Both the position numbers and the translations under genes were made by a program. A stretch of 64,000 nt of DNA from Raillietiella orientalis (Eukaryota): positions 1,798,001-1,862,000 of the forward strand of contig JAYWIR010000004.1 in the NCBI GenBank assembly GCA_036172245.1, in the 5' to 3' direction. The number at the start of each line of letters is the position of its first letter. Within the stretch, counting starts at the first letter, position 1. The notes beneath the pieces were generated by a model. The model did no database searches. It saw only the letters and a program-made list of their open reading frames with translations, and was not told the origin of the DNA. This document shows, one piece after another, positions 49,101 through 61,100 of this stretch.

Positions 49101-52100
49101 TCTTCATGCAAGCGACACAAAGGAAGAGGATAAACCACCTCTGACCCTTCACAGAGCCAAAACTCAACCAAGCAGGCTTGGCATGGCAGAAGGTGCTCCT
49201 GGTGGCGAACCGCAAAGCGGCAGACCCGAAGGCACAACCTTTCGTTCGCCAATAATGTCCATGGTCCCACCCAAGAAGATCCTTGCCGTACAGTACAAGG
49301 ACCCGCAGTCCTACTCCCGAATATTCGCCGTGCACACCAACTCTTCTCCAGCGACCGCGAGAGAAAATCCTAACGGCAAGAGAAGGGGATGGAAAGAAAC
49401 TGCGGGAAATCCTCCCCTGATTGCAGGTGACCTGGATGTGAGCTGCTCGTTCCAACCTCCTGGTTTTCCTCTCCCTGGGAAGCAAGAGACCGCTTCGCAA
49501 AAACCTGGGGTTGAGTTTCTTGGGATAGCGGAAGAAAATCGACCTACGATCGACCTGCTAATGCGTTGTACAGAGGCGGAGGGGGAGGAGAGTGACATGC
49601 TGCTTGAAATCGCAGGCCGCGAACGCGCAGTGCCCGGAAAATCCATCGGCGCTTCTCTCCCCGAGGTCCAATTCCCCGATGCATTTTGAACTCTGGCCCA
49701 AGTTCCTTGCAAGAGACTTACTAGGAGGAACTGCTCCTCTCCTGCCAACCTAATCTTCGTGGAATTCCTCAAGACTGCGCTTGTTATTCCGCTCGAATGC
49801 AGCCGATGCTTGCCGGCGGAAATCCGCCATCTTGGGACGAGCTCTGGGTCGCAGAGATGAAGCGGATGGTCGGCAGTGTGAGACGGATGGAACATCCTTG
49901 GAATTGTCCCCGTGTGAGAAGGGATTCCCAACGGGGAGTTGACAGGTCCTCCTGACCGAGTTCTTCCGTGCGCCAGGAAGAAGCACGGCGTTCCTCGTAT
50001 TCTTTTCGACGCGCGAGCCGGCGGGAAAAATCCGTGCTTGGACAGCAAGCACGTCGGTCATCCAGCTGGCTCGGCGCTGCCGGGCGCGCCTTTTCGGTTC
50101 CCGACTCGCGCGCCTGCAAGGTGAGGACATGGCGGCGATGGCTCTTCAGCGCTTGGTTGGTGGCACTTGACGGGAAGGGAGACTTGCTCGCGAAACTGCA
50201 CGTAAACAGGGGAACAAGCCTGGACCAGCGTCGGAAGGTTGGAATGAAGAGCGTTCTCGGAGGGTTCGAAACCGGAAGCGCGGACCCGCACACTTTCTTC
50301 CAACCCCCTACCTCTCTGGCGAACATGCCCCTCACGTAGGACTGTATCGTGATGGTGGCCCGTTTCAGGTGCAGGAACCTCAGCCTCTGCAGCTTGGAGC
50401 GGAAGCAGTTCTGGATGCAAACGCACGCTCTTCTCTTCCTCTGGTAGTCTGAGTATGCGCGCAGCATTGACAGGAGCTTTCAAAGACCGACAGAAACGGA
50501 AGCGACGAAAATCTACCTTGGAACTGAACGTGCCCGCGCCACACCTTCTGGATCCGGACGACTGAGGTAAGGAGCACCAGGTTCCGCTGCTCCTCCAGCA
50601 TCTCGTAAACGTTCATCCTCAAGAAGACTTGGTTCACCCCCAGCCGCCACTCCTTCCCCGAGGTCGACTTGGAGCACAAAACGGATCTTTGGGACGGATC
50701 ATGCGGCCGGGAGGTTAGCATAGCATCTCACCTGATGGCCTCCTTGGTGCACGACGGAGGCTGCGGGTTCCCGCTCCTCATTATGCAAAAATACCTCTTG
50801 TAGAAGTCTTCGAAGGAGAAGTGGATGGGGTACCCCAGCTTTCGGATGCGTATGATGTCGCACATCCCTAGATACTTCAGCTGGTCCAGGACCAGGTTGT
50901 TGTCGTAAAAGTTCGGCTCCTTCATCATGTTGGGTTTGATGCAGCGAACGTACCACGGGTTCGTGGTCTGCAGGACTTCCACCAGAGTCTGCAGCTGATA
51001 ACGGAAGACGTCACCGACGGTCATCCTGGAGTGCGTGAGGTTCTTGAGGGTGCCAAGGGAGCTGCTGGATCCCCGTTTCTCCGAGGTGCCATCCGATAAC
51101 TTGAGCTTCGCGGAGCTGAGTGCATCCTGTTTTTTTACCGAAGACACAGCATTCAGAGGACCTCCGGGAAGGCCTCCGCGGCCGAGGATCACACAATACC
51201 TGCGAGTTGCCGAGTTCCCGGATGAACGGGCTGGTCGAGCGGGACATGCAGTCCAGCAGAACGCCTTGCTGGCTGTCCTTGTTTTTGTCCACGAACCCGT
51301 TGATCATGTAAGTCACGATTCCGGCGTAGTGACGGATCCCAAATCTCGTTTCCCAGTACCTCTTGTCGTCCCCTTTGATGTAGTTTGGGTGGCCCGAGAA
51401 TTCCTGGTGGAGCTTCGTCAGGTAGGACAAGTCGGATCCCTACGGGTTTCGCTCGCGGCCGTCCCGAAGGAGGGGAAATTCCCTCCTTACCTTCGGCATG
51501 CGGCACTCCTCGCTCAGAAGCTTGAAGACGCAACAGGGAGGCTTTTCCAGGAGTTCCAGGCACTCCCTATTGTCTCGGAACGTCACCGGAGTGAATTCGA
51601 TCTTGGCTTGGCGGTACTGCGACAGACAGGCTCAGCACGGTTCCATGGACGAGCTGCCTTACCGTTTCTTGTTCCAGGGAAAAGACGTAGTGGTTGAAGA
51701 ACCTGTGCAGCTTTTCATTGGTGTAGTTGATGCAGAGCTGTTCGAAGGAGTTGGAGGCGAAGTTCTCGAACCCGAAGATGTCCAGGACGCCTAGGAAGTA
51801 GCCGTCCTCCTGCTCCGGGTTGATGCACTTGTTTATGTGGTTTACGAGCCAGGCGAAGATCTTGGAGTAGAGCGCCCTCGCCATGGCGTGGCGGTTCTCT
51901 TGAGCCTGCAAGCCGAAAGGTGACGGGCGGAATACAGAGCCCGAACCGGAAATGCCCACCTGCTGCACTTTGAGGGGAATCTCAGTTATGCTCCCGCGCA
52001 CGTTGATCTGCCGCAGCAAGGTGATCCTCTCCAGATCGGCTAAATTCAGACCGAGCAGCTGAGAGATGATGCCCAGGATTTCGACGTCCTTCTCCGCGAG

Positions 52101-55100
52101 TCCTGACTTCTCGCCATCGATGTCCTGAAACGAAACAGTTGCAGACCAGGCATCGCTTTTAAGGTCGCACTGTGAATTCCAGGTTGCCCAGCCACAGGAT
52201 GGCAGACAGGACACTGTAAATCCCGTTTATCTTTTCCAGCGGGATGCACAGGACGTTGAAAGCCAGCCTCAGGGAGTCGAACTTTTGTTCGTCGGAAACT
52301 CCTGCTATCCGACTGCATCCCGATTTGAAAAGATACTGGTAATGTTCGACTGGCATCAGGAAGAATTCTTTGGCTAGGTTCCTGTTGGACTAGAAGAGAA
52401 ACCAGAAGATCAGCAGCTCCTCTTCCCTCTCCCCAACGCAAAAAGCGCTGCAATTTTAATGAAAAGATAGTACCGCGTTAATACTAATAATAAGAGTTTG
52501 GAATGCACTCAAAGAAGGCGGGAGAAGAGTGGTTTGGCTGGCGAAAACGCATGCAAACACATGTTGAGCAATCAGATAGTCCAGCGGCCAATCGAAAGAT
52601 CGGTTCCCGTGTGTTGACGAAAATCGTGTTTCAGGGCCATCTTCGGCCCGCGTTGGCGGCCGTGTGGCTGCGGTTGCCCTCCGTGGTGCCAAGAGTTTCG
52701 GGCTCGAATCCCACCCAGGGAAGGATCGACGCCGAGAAATGGGTGCGTAGCGAGTTTTGAGTTCCCACCCCGCAGGATGACGCTGGTTGGCCCACGGGTT
52801 TCGGGTGCGGCACTAGTGGGAACCGGATGCCCCCGTTGACTGGCCAGGATTGAAAGTTGACCCTCTAGAGTCCTTCCAGGAACCAAGAAGCAGGTTCGCT
52901 CTGGGGTTCCCCTCCGGCCGTTCAAATGGAACCGTTCCCCCCACCCCCGTCTCCCTTGGAGGGGGACCATCCATCACATATCATGGAGCTGGTGGATTGA
53001 GACCTCTCCAAGTGTCAAGAAGTGCGCTGCTCCCTTCGGGCGCGACCCTTTAGAGAAATTCTGAAGCGTTCCTTCGGGGTTCTCTTCAGAGGAGTAACAA
53101 GGAGCAGTTTCCTTGCTGGTTCCCCCCGGAGAAGTGAGGAGCGGTCCCCTGGGGGGGCTCCCTCCGGATAGAATAAGGAAGAGTTTCCCTTCAGAGGCAA
53201 CCAGGACGAGGGTTCCTCCCCTCTAGGGTTCCCCTACCAAGCGTAAGAAAAAAGGCTCCTTCCTCCGGAGCCTTCCTGGATCCATGGAAGAGGTTTGCTC
53301 TCCTTTCGAACAAAGCGAGAAAATCTGAGGAGAAAGAGAGAAAAGAGGGCATTTTTCTGCAAAAAGCAAGATGGACACCGTCGAGAATGGTTCGAAAACT
53401 GCAGTCGTGGAATTGCAAGCAAGAGAGAGCCCTACGCAAATAAGGAGGGACTTCTTGATCAAAATGGCAGCCAGCGGAATCAAATAGGGATTGGGAAGCT
53501 GAAAAATGGTGCATCCTTCTCGAGGTGCATCCTTCTTATCGCTAAACGCACGAAATCCCCTTCTGAAGGGCGCTCGTAAATCGCGGAAACTCGTCGGCTG
53601 TTCAGTCGAGCAGCCAAGTGCGCCAGTCGCTCAGATACAACTTGGTGACTGAATGCAAGAACACCCCCGCAAGCTTCAAGTAGGAAAGAGGGCGGCGATC
53701 GAGGCAGACGTCAATTCCACTGATGCACGTGGAGTACATCAAAGTCCTCTTCGCGCTCCAGCTGAGCATGTAGTTTAAGAAGATGAGTAGAAAGCCACAC
53801 TGCTTGTTCCCATGGAATCAGTTTCTGCTGATCACGGGCCGCGTCTACATAAACGGCGAGAGAAGCGGTCCTACTGCAGTTTCTTTCATCAGTTCCACCT
53901 GAGGACGACACGAAGAACCGGCCACCTTTGCAGCGTTTCCTGCTACCTCCAAAAGAGACACTCAGGATCCGTTTCAAAAGATCAAAAGGCAGCAGTCTTC
54001 TATGGAGTAAGGTTCATCTCCCCCTCCTCCCCTCTTCCTTCGAACCTGCCTGAGAGAAATCGGGTGTCCCAGTCGCAAACCAACGGGATCTCCGTAAACT
54101 GCCACAAAATCGAAAATGAGGCAAGAACTGTGACCTCGGGACGGGGCGTGGGCAAGAAAAGGAGTGCCGAAGGGTGCTGAGAGGGAAATATTTGTCGCCT
54201 CCTCCGATTTACTCTTTCGCCACGGAGGCCTACAGGTAGGAAAACAGCCATCCTGGATGTGAGGATGTGCTCGCACCTCCAGCCTAAGCCATGCTCCCCC
54301 TTAAAAAGGCGACTGACCGCACCTGGAGTGGGTGGAGAGCGCCGTCGTCGCGCTTCCTGGTGAGAGTTCTCAGCTTGGAACCGGGGTGCCCTATGTGGAC
54401 CTTTGGTTGCGGTTTGAGACTGCAGAGTTACGGGGGCAAAGAGACTCCTCTTCTTCGCAGGTGGTTAACGTTTGCGAATCGAGGGGGAGATTTTGCAGAG
54501 CACGCGGAAGAGCAGAGGGCATCAGCGCCAAATCCCCGAAGAGGCGGCGATCGAGCGGCGACAAACGGCAGCGCTGCCCTCCCTCCTCCCCCCAGCAGCT
54601 AGGTCGATGCCTCGCTTCGCCTGCACCGCGATCCCGCCAGAGGCGCGGCTTCTCGCGCGAAGAAGCGCGCTACTCCCGTTCGGCCTTTCTCTGGTCCGGT
54701 GGGGACAAGCCAGCCAAGCCGGGAAGAAAGGATGCGGACGAGGGCTTTGATTTACCGTTCCACCCGCTATCAGCTGATAGAAGACATGGTAGTTCCTCTC
54801 GTCCGGCGACTGGAAGGTGATACGGGACTGCTCCAGAAGGTAGTCCTGTACGATGCACCCTTTGATCATCCACTTCCCGTCAAAGCAGATCTGCATGAAC
54901 TTCCCGAAGCGGGAGGAGTTGTCGTTCCTGACGGTCTTCGCGTTGCCTGGAAAAGCCAGAAGGTTGCATGTGTATGCGTGTGCTTTTTCCTGGAATCGCC
55001 GGAGGGCACGCCGGCAAACCGGCGGCTCTAACTCCAAGCGATGGACAGAGCGATGGAAAATTGGGTTACAGTATTTACAATTCAGGCACACACAAACAGG

Positions 55101-58100
55101 ATGGTTTCACACTGTAAGCAGATCTATAACATAAGTAGTAGATACTGTAAACTATTTTTTTTTTATTTGAATTTTTGCATTTCACACAAACTTTCCTTAC
55201 GATATTATAATGTATTAAATATTTATCAAGCATTTAAGAAATTCATAAATCAAACATATTCTTCAAATCTCTCAGAGGAATTATTATTATTACAGTATAT
55301 ATCAGGTTTCAAATAAGAATATGGCAGAGAAGAATAGCTTGTAAACGCGAAACGTGTATAATATTTTTGTATGCATTAATGGAAGCTTGCGAGGCGCTCC
55401 TAAGTCTCTCATTTCTCGGAGCGGTGGGGGAACTCGCTCGCCCCTAGGGCGGCGAGTTCTTCCGCCGCGCCCTCGTGCTTTCCTGGCTGGAAGCGGGAAG
55501 GAAGGGGGAGGCGGGGGTAATACCTCGCACCCTTCCCTTCGTTCCGCGTGGCCCGAAGAGAGAGCTGGAGGAAGCGGCGGCCAATCGAACCGAGCAGGGA
55601 GAAGGCCGGACGTACCTCAAGGAGGGCTCACCCGGGCACAGGGAACGGGGACGACTCTGAGGTGGCGAGGGGGAGGGAGAAGGGGTGGGTAGGGGCTAAC
55701 GTGAATCCAACCCGGCGGAAGCGCGGGGACGAGCGGAGGACTGGGGACGACCTAGCCCGAAGGCGCTACCGGTGCTCCTCAAAAGGATGGGAATTCAGGA
55801 AGGGGGGAGGGCGGAGTCGTGGAAGGATTTCCTATGGAGGGGGAATCCCTAAGAGGGTCCGTTCCGCAGCTGGAGGGCCTCGAGATGGGCGCGTCCCTTC
55901 CTCTCCGCGGCAACACGCGACGCCGCCTTCCCTCGGCGTGCCTTCTCGGAACGGGAGGACGGTCTCCCGTGACGTCAGGAGTGGCAGACGTGGCCAAAAG
56001 GGAGGGGGGAAGCGCCAGGAGCTTTCGCAGCTCTTCTGAGATTGGTTGGGGGGACGTCGCATGAAGCCCGTTTCGATGGATCCCGGGGACCTGATGATTC
56101 ACAGGCGCGACCTCCTTCCTCTGGACGTCCGGCGGGCGGCGATCCCTCTTGGGGGCTTCTCCGCCACCCTCCCTCCCGGAGGAAGCGCCCCTCGGTTACC
56201 GAAAGCCTCCAGGATGGTGTTGGCCTCCAGGATCTGCTGTTCGACCCACGAGTTGAGGTCACTGGTGACGGTGCACAGGTACTGCAGGAGGAATTTGGTG
56301 CTCTCCGTCTTGCCGGCGCCGCTCTCCCCGGAGATGACGCAGGATTGGTTGGTCCGCGAGTCCTGGGAACGGAAAGTCATCAACGAGGCGCCCCCGCGCA
56401 CGCGATGGAGTTGCAGCAGCGTCCGAGGTGGCCCTCACCCTCCCGCCGCCTTCTACGTTGCCACCTGCTCCCTTCTTTTTCCGAATCTGTGGCGCCCGGG
56501 GAGTCCTGACGGGTCCTCCCCCATCCACCCCACTTTTTCTTCTTCTTTTGCTTTCTTTCCAACGGAACGGAAGAAGGCGGTAACAGGCACGTGGCTCTGA
56601 GCAACTCCGAGGACACCGCCGGGCTGCGACGAGAGCGCCCCTAGAGGAGGATTCAGGATCGCACTTTCGTCCCCTTGACGCCGTCCTCCTCCGGAAGCAC
56701 GACGGGCACAGGGTGAGCGCGCGGGTGACACGCGGGCTACCTATGGCTTCCTCTCCTTCCCGGAGAGTCCCCGATCTTCCTCGGCAATACAACGGGAGCG
56801 CTTCCCTCCATCTACTCGCTGACGCTCGCGCGCGCCTGCCCTTCACGATCATCGCACGGGGGCGACTCGCAAGCCGGCTGCCGGGAGCATTGCAGTCACG
56901 CGGGGGGAGGAGAAGAGCAGGCGTCCTTTCTTCGCTCTCCTCACTCCCTTAGCGCTCGCGCAGTCGTCTCCAGGAACACGCCTAAGGCAGCAGCGGAGTC
57001 GTGGCCCTCCAAGCACCCCGTTGATCCGAGAGTGGTAGGGCTGCTTCCTCCCAGGTCGGCCAGTCAGTACGCATCCCCTCCTCCTCCTCTCTGCTGCACG
57101 GTGGCGCCCGCCCTTCCCGTTTTTCGGAGCTAATCCCCCTTCCCTCCCCTGCTTTTCGGCTCGTCCCTGACGGGCCGCACAGTGACTGCAGCAGCCCCTC
57201 TGTCCTGCGGCCCGCGAACCTTCCTCCTGGGTAAATGGGGCGGTGCATCGTCCTCGTCTCTCCGATCTGTGGGCTGATCCTCCGTCGTCCCCAGCCCTTT
57301 CCCGAAAGAGCCGCCTTTGCGTCCTCCCGCCTCGCCTGCTCTCCCTCCTTTCCACCAGGAGGCTGAAGATGATTTGATCTGCGGTCCGTGGGGACGAGAG
57401 GGAGAGGCGGCGGGGTCGAAGATGAATGGAGAGGGGGAGACGAAGGATGGAAGGGATGCAAAGGGGCTGGGGGCGGCTCCCTACGAGACGCACTTCTCAG
57501 GATGGACGGGGAGGAAGGAAGGAAGGAAGGAAGGGGAGAAGGAGGAGGAGCGCGCCCGCCATCCGAGATGCCACCGCCCCATTCACCTCCCGGGAAGCAA
57601 GGCGCGCTTCCCGAAGCTGGGTGGGTCCCGAGCAGGAGGCGGAACGGAGGGTAAGAGCGCGCGTGCGCCAGGCTGCTTTCCTCGGCTGCTGGCAGCTCCG
57701 CGTACGAGAGGAGGAAAGCAGTCGGAGTTGGGAGTTGGGCCAGGAAGAGGACGAGTGCGCTACGTCCAGCGTGGGGCTCGCCCGAAGGGCTTCCTGCCCC
57801 AGTCAGGGCGCGCGTGCGCCAGCTCCGCCGCCAGCGGGCCGGCAAAGGGTGGGCCGGGTGCCTCCAAGGGAAGGGATGTTCTTGGAAAGAGTCCCGGAGA
57901 GGAAACGCGAGCTCCGGGAGAGCTCCGTGCACGGAGGACCCTCAGGAAGGCTATCTCGCTTCCCCTCCCTGTCCTACCTGAATCGGGGAAGATGAGATGG
58001 GGGAAGAGAAGGGAGCCCTGATCCTTGACCTCACCTGCAGGCATTTGTAAGCGGCTTCCACGATGGCATAGACGTGTGGATCCAGAGTCCCGAACTTGCT

Positions 58101-61100
58101 CCGGTGATACTGAAGAGCCACCTCCTGGAAAGGGAAAGAGGACGAGAGGGTCAGCGCGTGCGTGGAAATGGCGCAGCCTCCGAGCCCTCGGGAGAGGGCC
58201 GAAGACCTCCCGGCAAGTCCCGAGGGTCTCCACGGAAGCGAAGGGATTTTCCCTCTCCCTCAGGGGACGCGCCGGCGCGCAGCATGGCTCCGTGGCCAAG
58301 GAGAACAGGGAGCGGAAGGCGGGGTTGGAGCGTGTGGTCAGGGACGCGCCTTCGGCAGTTTTTTCCGGAGCCGCTTTCGGGTGGGACTCCCTCGGGCAGT
58401 CCTCTCCCACCTCTGGCCGTGGGACCTCCAGGGCTCCGAGGCGGAGCTTCTCCTTCGAGAGGGAATTCGCTTTCCCTTCCTCCCCAGGAAGGGAGAGGAG
58501 GGAGGGAGGGAAGGAGTAGCGGGAAGGACTTGAGTATCCACAGGGAGCAGCGACCCAGCCGCAGCCACGCGACCACCACGGAAGGGCTCAGCGGAGGAAC
58601 CTCAGCGCCCTCCCGCGCAACATCCTGGTGCACCGACCTGGGACCCTCGACCTCTAGTTCGCGGGTCCTCCGGGTAAGTGAAAGATGCAGATGCGAAATG
58701 CACGACTGGCATGGCAACCCTTCTTTCCCTCCTTCCCTCCTAGCACTCCTAGGTGTCGGTGGATCGCCGACCCACGTTACTGGAGGAGAAGGGACGAGGC
58801 ACGGAATCCCATTAATACATGGGGGTGAAAAGGATGCAGGCAAGGAGCAGCAAACAGTCTTTTCTTGAAAGGAGACCCTTCGACCATTGCTGCTCACGAG
58901 GAGCGTCTTTTCCATCTGGCCCTCTGTTTCCTGGAGAGGGGATGGGGTGCTGAATGGCCTCCCGTCAGGCGACCGGCACCGCGGTACTCCCACGTCCCTC
59001 TGCGGAACACGGCAGACATGAGAAAACGCCTCCCTTCCTTCTTCCACCTCCACTTCACCCTACGCGTGCAAGGATCGCCGTTTCCATCTCTTCTCGGAAA
59101 TCACGGCAAGGGAATTGCTCCCCTAGAGGTGCTTCCTGCGGACGCGAGGACCACTCCGGAGGGGAGGTTCCTAGGAAATCGTGGGAAAACAAACGAGAAA
59201 AGGCAAGCGGTGAGGGATCAATTCCTCCTCTCCTTCCCTAGCGTACGGCAGGGAATCCTCTCCTGGAAACTCGTCCCCCTCGTGAACGAGGGGGAGTGGC
59301 AGGTTTTGTTTCAGCGGGACCGCGCGCCCGCTTCTGCCGCTCCGAGACAGGCCTGGGAGGGGGAGAGGGGGCGCTGGCGCCGACAAGGAACGCGTGTCGC
59401 CTCGGCCACCAGGACAAAGCAAGGCGCGCCTGCGCCAGCTCTGCCGGGGAGAAGCGGGCTTCGGGGTATCTGTCGCCCTCAAGAAGCGGGCGATTTCCCT
59501 CCTACCACGGAGGATCGTTCCCCTAAAGTTACTGGACCGCCTCTGTGGCGCCTGTTTACCTGCCCTCTGAACCAGCAAACGGTTCAGAGAGGGGCGAGCC
59601 TTTGCACCTCCCAGCTACTACACCTGAACCCGAGAGGATCGCTCCCTTGTGCTTCGCTTCCCCCCCCCCCTGCTCCTCTCGATCATCGAAGCCAGCATCC
59701 CCTTCCCGCGTACACGGCACGAAAACCAGCACCCCAACGGAATCGGCGCCCCTCCTGTACGCGACGGGGGGGGGGGAGGCTTTGGTCACACACACATACG
59801 TTCCAGAAGAGGAGGACGGCGGGTTTTACCAAATCCCCAGGCCGGGGGCTGACTGGCGGCCCTACCGCTGCTGCTCCTCGCCAGCCTCGCCCTCCAGGGA
59901 GAGCGTTCGAAAAATTCCCAAATCCTCACGTGCGCGTTCTCGGGAAGTCACCCCCGCTCTCAGGAAACTGGTGGCGCCACCGACAATTTTCTCCCTACCT
60001 CCAGTGCACCGGCGATTTGTCTCCTCCCCCTTTCCCGCCCCTAATCCTCCATCTCGTGGGAGTGGGGGAGAGCAGTGCCGCGCGAAGGCGCTCTCCCTTC
60101 TGCCTTGCTACGGCTTCGGCGATTCGGATCGCGGACGCTGGTCCGAACGCCTTCCTTTTCAGGTCGGGGGCTCCCCCGCAGGGATCGGGCTTGATGTCGG
60201 CGCTGAAGAGGGAGGCGGAGATTCCACGGGACCCACGTGCGCCCACTCAGGAAGGTCCGGTGGCGTCCATCGTTGGGCTGCCTGCGAGGTAGCGCCTCTG
60301 ACTTCTCCACCAGGCGAGAGGATTCTGGGAAAGTCAGTGAGCAGCCTGCCGCATCCCGGCTTGCAGCAGATCGGCGCGTCGAGCCCCTCCGCAATGGCGG
60401 CGAGAGGGTAAGACGAGAAGATGGCGGACGGGTCCGGACGGAGAGACAAGAAGCGCGCAACCAGGAGCGTCCCTCCTTCCCCGAGTCAAGGCGGGAGTTT
60501 GGGGAAAGACAGGAGGAAAGGGCGGTTCCCACCCCGGGCAGACAAAGGTGATTCCAGGAATTGTGCGCAGGCGCGAGAAGGAGGAAAAAGAGAAGGCGAC
60601 GGGAGGAAGAGAGAAGCCATCAGGTCCCACGCGCTGCTGCGACGTTACCCTCAGCCGGGAATGGTTCACCACCGGTGCCCCAATCAGAACTTCCGGTCTC
60701 GTTCCTCAAGATCCTCTCTTCTCGGCCGAATCAACGCGGGACCTCTGTCTTATCGGACTGAAGAGCAGAGGGAGCTCTTCCACGCAGCATCAAAAGCCTC
60801 CAGCTGGTCGTCCCCGGCCAAAGTCACCCAGGGAGAGAGGGGAGGGGGGGAAAGACGTCTCCCCGCGAGGAGGCCCGCTCCTGCGACTCTCCCGTCGAGC
60901 GGTCGGAAGCAGCGCCGGCAAACTCCCAAGACGCGCTCCGCCTCGGCTCGCGGGAGACGACGGCGGGACCTAAGATGCAGGAGGCGGCCGCACGGCGCTC
61001 GGTCGGAGCTCCCTCCAGTCTGTTCCCTCCTCTCCTCTGTGAGGCGAAGCTCCCTCAGTGTCGTCAGACCCCCAGTCTTGGAAGCGCGACGTTTCCAAAG

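Noticed and set aside
58865..60292. 475-aa + strand ORF
   Set aside because: It lies antisense in a GC-rich myosin intron, starts with TTG, has low-complexity composition and shows no motif.
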